The notes under the pieces: model-generated
What the model saw: the letters and a program-made list of their open reading frames with translations, nothing else
The model's database searches: none
Told to the model about the DNA's origin: nothing
Shown here: piece by piece, positions 44,917 through 51,135 of the stretch
Position numbering within the stretch: position 1 is the stretch's first letter
How the letters are laid out: each line of letters begins with the position of its first letter
NCBI GenBank assembly: GCA_945874145.1
Contig: CAMCFN010000006.1
Location: 16,164 to 80,163 of the forward strand
Length of the DNA stretch: 64,000 nt
Reading direction: 5' to 3'
Source: Akkermansia muciniphila
GTDB taxonomy: Bacteria > Verrucomicrobiota > Verrucomicrobiia > Limisphaerales > SXTU01
Program-made: the position numbers and the translations under genes

Positions 44917-45876
44917 ATGAACTTGCTCCCGCACTGGCCTTGGCAGCCGCCCAGCCACCGCTTGCTCATTCTCTTGGTGGCCGCTTGGGGCATTTTTTCC
45001 ACGCCACTCTCTTCGGCTGAACCTGCCCCCAAGCTAAAGGTTTTGACCAGTTTTCTGCCGATGTATTGCCTGACCGCGCAAGTCGCCGGCGACCTAGCTG
45101 AGGTCGAAAATCTCCTCCCCGCCAATGTAGGTCCGCACGACTACCAATTTGCCCCGCGCGATGTCCGCAAGCTCAGCAGTGCCCAAATCTTCGTAGTCAA
45201 CGGCCTGGGCATCGAAGACTGGCTGGCCAAAGCCTTGAAAGCAGCCAAAGGAACCAAGCCCATGACCGTGGTGGAAGCCACCGCTGGCCTGACCAAAGCC
45301 GACCTCATCACCTCGGTGCCCCACATCCACCTGCCCGGCGAACGCGGTCATGACCACGGCACCGGCCCCAACCCGCACACCTGGCTCGATCCTCGGCTGG
45401 CGGCTCATGCGGTCACCAACATCCTTGTCGCCTTGCAAAAGGCTGACCAAAAAAATGCCGCCGCCTATGCCATGAACGCCGCGCAAGCCGTCGCCCGTCT
45501 CCACCAGCTCGACGAAGAGATCGGCCTTGCCTTGGGCCCTTACCACGGCAGCCGCATCGTCACCTACCATCACGCCTTTCCCTACTTCACGCGCCGCTAC
45601 GGCCTTGCCTTGATCGGAGTCATCGAGGAAGTCCCCAACGTGGAACCTTCGCCCAAATATCTGGCTGCCCTGCTCAAAGTCATTCGCGAGAAAGAAGTGA
45701 AGGCCATTTTCACCGAGCCCCAATTCTCCGCCAAGCTCGCCCAGCGCATCTCCCGCGACACCAAAGTCCCCGTCGCCGAACTCGACACCCTCGAAACCGG
45801 CCCGCTCAAACCCACCGCCTACGAGGAAGGCCTGCGGCGGAACCTGAACATGCTTCTGAAGCATTTGGGAAAGTAA
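44917..45876 (+). CDS. znuA: zinc ABC transporter substrate-binding protein
   Basis: Cluster-9 SBP pattern (KVLTSFLPMYCLT...GPHDYQF.P.D...A.IFVVNG...). His-rich loop HIHLPGERGHDHGTGPNPHTWLDP, typical of ZnuA. Start trimmed to the ATG at 44917. Confidence 0.85.
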   Translation: MNLLPHWPWQPPSHRLLILLVAAWGIFSTPLSSAEPAPKLKVLTSFLPMYCLTAQVAGDLAEVENLLPANVGPHDYQFAPRDVRKLSSAQIFVVNGLGIEDWLAKALKAAKGTKPMTVVEATAGLTKADLITSVPHIHLPGERGHDHGTGPNPHTWLDPRLAAHAVTNILVALQKADQKNAAAYAMNAAQAVARLHQLDEEIGLALGPYHGSRIVTYHHAFPYFTRRYGLALIGVIEEVPNVEPSPKYLAALLKVIREKEVKAIFTEPQFSAKLAQRISRDTKVPVAELDTLETGPLKPTAYEEGLRRNLNMLLKHLGK

Positions 45877-45877
45877 C

Positions 45878-46678
45878 GTGAACGAACGACCAATGAACCT
45901 CGGGCATCCAAGTCGTTCGCCTCTCCCAACTTTTCGCCAAGATCTGAAAGCCCGTCATTCGTCAGCCTGGAGTGAAGCCCCAGGTTTTCAGCCAACCAAC
46001 GACACAAGCCCTACAGGGGCAAAACCTCCCTCCCGCCACCTCCACGCATTCACGATGGTTGAGCTGTGCGTAATACTCAGCCTGCTGGGGATTCTCGCCC
46101 TTGGGTTCGTGGCCAGGCAGCAAGAAGCAAAGGCTAAATCGGGCCGCGTCAAATGCGCAGGCAACCACAAGCACGTCGCGCTCGCGCACAGGGTGTTCGG
46201 AAACGACCACGGAGACCGTTTCACCATGAGCCTCTCCACGAATAAGGGTGGCACGCTGGAGCTGGTCGGCACTGGCAGCGTGATCAGCCACTACCTGAAC
46301 ATGACGAATGAACTCGGGGCACCTCAGATCCTGATATGTCCCGACGACCGAACTCGCACCATGCGAAGGGACTTTCTACCTCTACTCAGCAACACCAACG
46401 TGAGCTTCACCGTCGGCTTGGATTCGGATGAGACGCTGCCAAATTCGTTTCTGGCCAGCGATAACCACATGACTTCGTCCCTGCCGCGCGTGCGGGGCAT
46501 TGCCGGGCTGTCCACCACCGATCTCGCAGGCTGGTCGCAGAGGTTGCACGGTGGCGGGGGAAACTTCGCCTTGGCCGATGGCAGCATTCAGATGTCCACC
46601 AGCGCTACACTTTGGCAGCAGGTCACCCAGGCGCTCGCCTCCACTCGCACCAACAGCCACCGTCTCGAATTTCCATGA
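45878..46678 (+). CDS. prepilin-type N-terminal domain protein with DUF1559-like (H-X9-DG) C-terminus
   Basis: AFTMVELCVILSLLGILALG resembles the G/A-FTLIEL class-III signal. C-terminal RLHGGGGNFALADGSIQ is the H-x9-DG motif of PVC pseudopilins. The start is ambiguous (GTG 45878, ATG 45893, or the internal ATG at MVEL). Confidence 0.65.
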   Translation: MNERPMNLGHPSRSPLPTFRQDLKARHSSAWSEAPGFQPTNDTSPTGAKPPSRHLHAFTMVELCVILSLLGILALGFVARQQEAKAKSGRVKCAGNHKHVALAHRVFGNDHGDRFTMSLSTNKGGTLELVGTGSVISHYLNMTNELGAPQILICPDDRTRTMRRDFLPLLSNTNVSFTVGLDSDETLPNSFLASDNHMTSSLPRVRGIAGLSTTDLAGWSQRLHGGGGNFALADGSIQMSTSATLWQQVTQALASTRTNSHRLEFP

Positions 46679-46717
46679 GCTGCCGGACTGAGTCATCGCC
46701 GCTGCGTAGCACGCGCC

Positions 46718-46875
46718 CTTTGGAGTGCGGTGACTCGTCACCGCTTTCTGCAGGCGACTTGTCGCCGTCTTGCGCAAGGACGCGCCTGAACCTCGACGAG
46801 CCGCTTCCGCGCGGCTCTGCTTGGCGGACAAGTCCGCCCAGCGCCCAAAGCGGTGACAAGTCACCGCACTCCACA
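46718..46875. repeat. ~158-bp nested imperfect palindrome (REP/MITE-like)
   Basis: Outer arms TGGAGTGCGGTGACTCGTCACCGCTTT (46721-47) and AAAGCGGTGACAAGTCACCGCACTCCA (46847-73) are reverse complements with 1 mismatch. Inner hairpins GGCGACttGTCGCC (46753-66) and GGCGGACaaGTCCGCC (46823-38). Confidence 0.8.
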
Positions 46876-46898
46876 ACGGAGCCTTCTTCCTTCGCGCA

Positions 46899-46982
46899 GC
46901 GAGGGGAGAAGGTGGCCGCAGGCCGGATAAGGGGTGCGGCCACTTGCACAGTCGCGGCCAACCCACGACCCTCTCCCCTTGC
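46899..46982. repeat. second structured element: GCGAGGGGAGAAGG ... CCCTCTCCCCTTGC with inner TGGCCGCA/TGCGGCCA stem
   Basis: Read directly. Arms at 46899-46912 and 46969-46982, inner stem at 46913-20 / 46935-42. Confidence 0.65.
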
Positions 46983-47030
46983 TCCGCAAAGGAAAAGGGA
47001 GTCGAAGCGCGTGCGGCTTTCCACCCGCTT

Positions 47031-47066
47031 CTCCCCCATCTCCCATCTCCCATTCCCCATTCCCTC
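47031..47066. repeat. degenerate heptamer tract CTCCCCCAT CTCCCAT CTCCCAT TCCCCAT TCCCTCG abutting the znuC GTG
   Basis: Read directly. Confidence 0.7.
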
Positions 47067-47876
47067 GTGAGCGTTACGCACACCACCTGCAGCCACTCCG
47101 CCGCCGACATTGCCGTCTCCGTGCGCGACCTGCGCGTCACGCTCGGCGGGCAGGCCATCTTGCGCGGCGTGAACATGCACCTGCATCGCGGGCAGCTCGT
47201 CGCGCTCATCGGCCCGAACGGCTCGGGCAAGACCACGCTGCTGCGCGCCATGGTCGGCCTGCAAAAGCCCGACTCCGGCGAGGTCCGCCTCTTCGGCGAG
47301 AGCAACTTGAAGAAGGCCCTGCCGCGCGTCGGCTACGTCCCGCAACGCCTCGCGCTGGACCGCAGCTTCATCCTCAGCGTCCGCGAATTCCTCGCCCTGC
47401 GCCTGCGCGAGACGCAGCATTGGTTCTGGCACCGCCACCGCGACACCGACGACCGCCTCCACGCCGCGATGGCCGAGTTGGGCGCCGAGTCGCTGCTGGA
47501 CCGCCCCATCGCCGCGCTTTCCGGCGGCCAGCTCCAGCGCGTGCTCATCGTCTTCGCTCTGCTGAAACAACCCGACCTCCTGCTCCTCGACGAACCCACC
47601 GCCGGCGTGGACTCGCCCGGCGAACAGGACTTCTACGAAACCATCGCCGAGGTTCACCGCAAGCATAAGCTCACTGTCGTCCTCGTCTCCCACGACCTCT
47701 CGATGGTCTATCGCCACGCCTCGTGGGTCTATGCGCTCAACGGCGTCGTCTGCTGCGAAGGCTCGCCCGAGCACGTGATGAACGCCGACTCGCTCAAGGA
47801 AGCCTACGGCCTGAACGTCACGCCGTATCACCACCACAACCATTCACACGGACCCGGTGGAGGGCACGCGCAATGA
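47067..47876 (+). CDS. znuC: zinc ABC transporter ATP-binding protein
   Basis: Walker A GPNGSGKTTLLR, signature LSGGQLQRV, Walker B LLLLDEP. The track ORF start (46944) runs through the repeats. GTG at 47067 chosen, giving ...IAVSVRDLRVTLGG about 16 aa in. The start is uncertain. Confidence 0.85.
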   Translation: MSVTHTTCSHSAADIAVSVRDLRVTLGGQAILRGVNMHLHRGQLVALIGPNGSGKTTLLRAMVGLQKPDSGEVRLFGESNLKKALPRVGYVPQRLALDRSFILSVREFLALRLRETQHWFWHRHRDTDDRLHAAMAELGAESLLDRPIAALSGGQLQRVLIVFALLKQPDLLLLDEPTAGVDSPGEQDFYETIAEVHRKHKLTVVLVSHDLSMVYRHASWVYALNGVVCCEGSPEHVMNADSLKEAYGLNVTPYHHHNHSHGPGGGHAQ

Positions 47877-48709
47877 GCATCTTCTCCGACATCGAACCCT
47901 TCATGCTCCGCGCCTTCGCGGTGGCCGTTGTCATGGGACCGTTGTGCGCGTTGCTCGGCGTGTTCGTCACCGCGCGACGGATGGCCTTCTTCAGCGACAC
48001 CATCGCGCACGGCGCGTTGGCGGGCATCGGCTTGGGCTTCCTGCTCGGCTTCGAAGACCCCACCTGGCCGATGGTCCTCTTCAGCCTGCTCGTGGCGGCG
48101 GCGATTCTCTGGCTCAAGGAGCACACTGACCTGCTCACCGACACCATCATGGCGCTGCTGCTCTCCGGCTCGGTGGCGTTCGGCATCATCGTGCTGAGCA
48201 TGCTGAAGAACAAACGCGGCGAACTGCACCGCTACCTCTTCGGCGACATCCTCAGCGTCGGCCCGGACGACGTATGGCTCGCGGTGGTGCTGTGCGCGGC
48301 CATCGGCGCGTGGCTCTTCGCGAAGCTGAGTCCGCTGGCGCTGCTCACGGCGAGCGAAGACCTCGCCCACGTCTGCGGCGTGCGCACGCGCTGGTTGAAC
48401 TACGCCTTCGTGCTCGTGCTGACCGTGGTCATCTCCTTGAGCATCCGGCTGCTGGGCATCATCCTCGTCACCTCGCTCGTGGTCATTCCACCCGCCGCTG
48501 CGCGCAACCTCGCGCGCAACCTCCGGCAGCAGCTCATCCTCAGCCTCATCATCGGCCTGTTCGGCGGCGCGGTCGGCACGGTGGCGAGCTACCACTGGGA
48601 CATCCCGTGCGGCCCGGCCATCGTGATGGCGTGCATTGCGGTGTTCATCGGCTCCCTGCTGGCAAGCAAACTCTGGCTGAACCGGCCGGTGAAGGCGAAA
48701 GCGGTTTGA
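47873..48709 (+). CDS. znuB: zinc ABC transporter permease
   Basis: ABC-3 permease pattern (FMLRAF...FFSDTIAHGALAGIGLG...). ATG at 47873 overlaps the znuC stop (ATGA). Confidence 0.9.
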   Translation: MSIFSDIEPFMLRAFAVAVVMGPLCALLGVFVTARRMAFFSDTIAHGALAGIGLGFLLGFEDPTWPMVLFSLLVAAAILWLKEHTDLLTDTIMALLLSGSVAFGIIVLSMLKNKRGELHRYLFGDILSVGPDDVWLAVVLCAAIGAWLFAKLSPLALLTASEDLAHVCGVRTRWLNYAFVLVLTVVISLSIRLLGIILVTSLVVIPPAAARNLARNLRQQLILSLIIGLFGGAVGTVASYHWDIPCGPAIVMACIAVFIGSLLASKLWLNRPVKAKAV

Positions 48710-48814
48710 CGCAAGGGCGCAGAGACGCGAGGAGAACATGACTTCAAACCAACCAAGCGCTATGACTGCCACCAGTTTTCTTCTTTGCGTGCCCGCGTCT
48801 TTGCGCCTGTGCGT
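48709..48814. repeat. REP-like inverted repeat ACGCAAGGGCGCAGAGACGCGAGG ... CTTTGCGTGCCCGCGTCTTTGCGCCTGTGCGT
   Basis: Arms at 48709-48732 and 48783-48814 are imperfect reverse complements. It lies between the znuB stop and the zur start. Confidence 0.7.
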
Positions 48815-48829
48815 TAAATCTTCTCGCCC

Positions 48830-49342
48830 ATGAAGAAGGCCGCCCACGCGCACGCCCACGCCGCCGCGCCGTTGTCTGACCTGACTTCCCGGCTGCGGGA
48901 CAAGTCACAGCGCGTCACCGGGCCGCGTCAAGCCATCCTCGCCCTGCTGCGCGAGCACCGGCACCCGATGACGAACAAGGAAATCCACGCCGCGCTCGCA
49001 AAAGGCGACTGCGACCTCGCGACCATCTATCGCTCCATGCACTTGCTGGAGGAGATGGGAATGGTGAAGCGCTTCGACTTCGGCGATGGCGTGGCGCGGT
49101 TCGAGTTGGTCACAGGCGACGAGCACGCGCATCACCATCACCTCGTCTGCACCTGCTGTGCGGACATCGTGGAGATTGACGACTGCTTCGCGGACGAGCT
49201 GGAGAAGCGCGTCGCCGCTGCGCACGGCTTCAAGAGCGTCACACACAGGCTGGAATTCTTCGGCGTCTGTCCCGATTGCCAGCGGGAAGGTCATTCACAT
49301 GACGAGACGAAACGAGCGCGGCGGAAGCCTTGCGGTTGCTGA
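48830..49342 (+). CDS. zur: Fur-family metalloregulator, Zur-like by context
   Basis: Winged-helix (RVTGPRQAILALLREHRHPMTNKEIHAAL...ATIYRSMHLLEEMGMV). HHHHLVCTCC...CPDC metal sites. Zinc specificity is inferred from znuABC linkage only. Confidence 0.75.
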   Translation: MKKAAHAHAHAAAPLSDLTSRLRDKSQRVTGPRQAILALLREHRHPMTNKEIHAALAKGDCDLATIYRSMHLLEEMGMVKRFDFGDGVARFELVTGDEHAHHHHLVCTCCADIVEIDDCFADELEKRVAAAHGFKSVTHRLEFFGVCPDCQREGHSHDETKRARRKPCGC

Positions 49343-49431
49343 GTTTGGAGCCGCAGATGGAGCCCCGACCTGAACGAGCGCCCACCTAGTTTACGGCCTC
49401 TCTGCGACTGAACCGCCGCCAAAAACCCCAA

Positions 49432-51135
49432 CTATTGCAGCGCGAACGGTAGGCGAGACAACCGCGTGTTCAATTCCAGCAGCCGGTTGCGCAGCATGTC
49501 CGTCGTGGTTTTCTCATCGAGGGTGTAGCCCGGCAGCGTCTCGAAACTCTTGATCACGGCGCAGTAGTCTGAGTTGGCCATCACGCCGAGGAACTCGCCG
49601 GTCTTGCTCAGGACGATGTCGCCCGTTGACGGCGAGAACTCACCCTGAAACACGCGGCTGATGATCCGGTTCTTCATCTTCACGTAATCGGGAGTGCGGG
49701 CGTCGAGCTTGAACTCCACTTCGCCGTAGTGCTTTCCACCGCGATTCACCAGCACGGCTTCCGTGAACTTGAAGGGATTCCTGGCCACCGGGTAAAGTTT
49801 CACGCCCATCGCCATGGCCTGCTGTGCGTTCACCGGGATGACAGCAAGCCGAGGATCGGCGGTGATGAAGGTCAGCGCACCACTGCCGATCACCTGCGAC
49901 CCCCTGGACACCCGCGCACCCACATGCTCCATGCCCTGTGGGTTGATGAGTGAAAACGGGGTGTCGCCCACATGGACAATGGCATAGACGCCCCGCCCAT
50001 CATGCACGAGGACGCTCTTTGCTTCCCTGAGGCGCGCACCGGAACCAAGGAGCACCGCTTGATGCGCCGAAATCGCCACATCCACGCGGTTGCTGAGAAA
50101 CTCGCTGAACATGAGGTTCATGTTGATGGGCGTGTTCTCGCGAATCTCCTTGGCGAGTTCGCCGGATTTCGCCGCAAGCTGGCCGACGCCGTCCGTGAGC
50201 CGGGTGGTCTGTGTCTGTAGCAGATCCTTTTCCTGCCGCACCAGGGCCACTTCCTTCTTCAAGTCGGTCAGGTTCTCGCGGAGCAAGTTGCGCTCGGACT
50301 CGGCGACCTTGGCGGCGGTTGATGCCTGGGCGGCCTGGGCGGCGGCGGCTTGCCGTTGTTTCTCCAAGTCGGCCAGCGCGGCCTGCTGCTTCTCCAACTC
50401 GGCCTGCTTCGCGGCAAGAGCGGTTTGCATCTGCTTCTCCAACTGCTCGCGGATCAAGTCGCGCTCGGCCTGGGCAACGCGGACGGCGGTGGCCAAGCCG
50501 ACTGCCTGCTGGGCGGAAGCATTCTGCTGCTTGCTCAATTCATTGAGTGCGGTCTGTTGCTTCTGGATCTCGGCCTGCTTGGTGGCGACAGCCTGCTGCA
50601 TCTCCTGAGCAAGCCGGGCTTTCTCGCTCTCCGCCCTAGCCTTGTCCGCCTCCAACCGGACCTTCTCGGCCTCAACATTCTTGATGGCGGCAGTGAGCGC
50701 GTCCTGCTGCTGCTTGGCGGCCGCAGTAAGAGCTTCCTGTTGCTGCTTGGCCTTTTGCTTCACATCCACCGCCTCCTGGGCCACGGCGGCGTAGCGTTGG
50801 GAAAGCACCTGGGCGGCGGTCTGCGACTGCTTGAGCGTCTGCTCCAACTGGCTGCGCTGGGCCTGAATCTGGGCCAGGGTCTGCTCGCGGGTCTTCACGT
50901 CCGACTCGGCAAATTGCAGCCGCTGCTGGAGTTGATCCCGCGCGGCCTTCTCCTGTTCGAGCGCCACCTTCATCATGTCCACGAGATCCTGGTTCTTGGG
51001 ACGGGCGGCGTTGGCCTGCACCTCCGGCACCGGAGCGCTGGTGTTGCGCACGGGCTCCGCCTCATCCCAGCGGGTCAAGGCCAGCAGGTTCAGCAGGAGG
51101 AAGTCGCAAATGATGAGAAGCAACGTCTTGTTCAT
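49432..51135 (-). CDS. single-pass membrane protein: TM helix with buried Asp, long coiled coil, beta-rich C-domain
   Basis: MNKTLLLIICDFLLLNLLAL, then ~300 aa Q/A/E/K heptad-like sequence with an internal duplication, then a C-terminal domain ending GDIVLSKTGEFLGVMAN. The ATG overlaps the upstream stop (ATGA 51132-51135). Confidence 0.7.
   Translation of the reverse strand: MNKTLLLIICDFLLLNLLALTRWDEAEPVRNTSAPVPEVQANAARPKNQDLVDMMKVALEQEKAARDQLQQRLQFAESDVKTREQTLAQIQAQRSQLEQTLKQSQTAAQVLSQRYAAVAQEAVDVKQKAKQQQEALTAAAKQQQDALTAAIKNVEAEKVRLEADKARAESEKARLAQEMQQAVATKQAEIQKQQTALNELSKQQNASAQQAVGLATAVRVAQAERDLIREQLEKQMQTALAAKQAELEKQQAALADLEKQRQAAAAQAAQASTAAKVAESERNLLRENLTDLKKEVALVRQEKDLLQTQTTRLTDGVGQLAAKSGELAKEIRENTPINMNLMFSEFLSNRVDVAISAHQAVLLGSGARLREAKSVLVHDGRGVYAIVHVGDTPFSLINPQGMEHVGARVSRGSQVIGSGALTFITADPRLAVIPVNAQQAMAMGVKLYPVARNPFKFTEAVLVNRGGKHYGEVEFKLDARTPDYVKMKNRIISRVFQGEFSPSTGDIVLSKTGEFLGVMANSDYCAVIKSFETLPGYTLDEKTTTDMLRNRLLELNTRLSRLPFALQ

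Noticed and set aside
46382-47843. Minus-strand ORFs 46382-47305 and 46623-47843, and plus-strand 46612-47070 / 46934-47668, crossing the znu-internal repeat cluster
   Set aside because: They read through palindromic repeats (hence mirror-image peptides such as GDKSPHS / ECGDSSPL) and are antisense or out of frame to znuC. They show no family signal.
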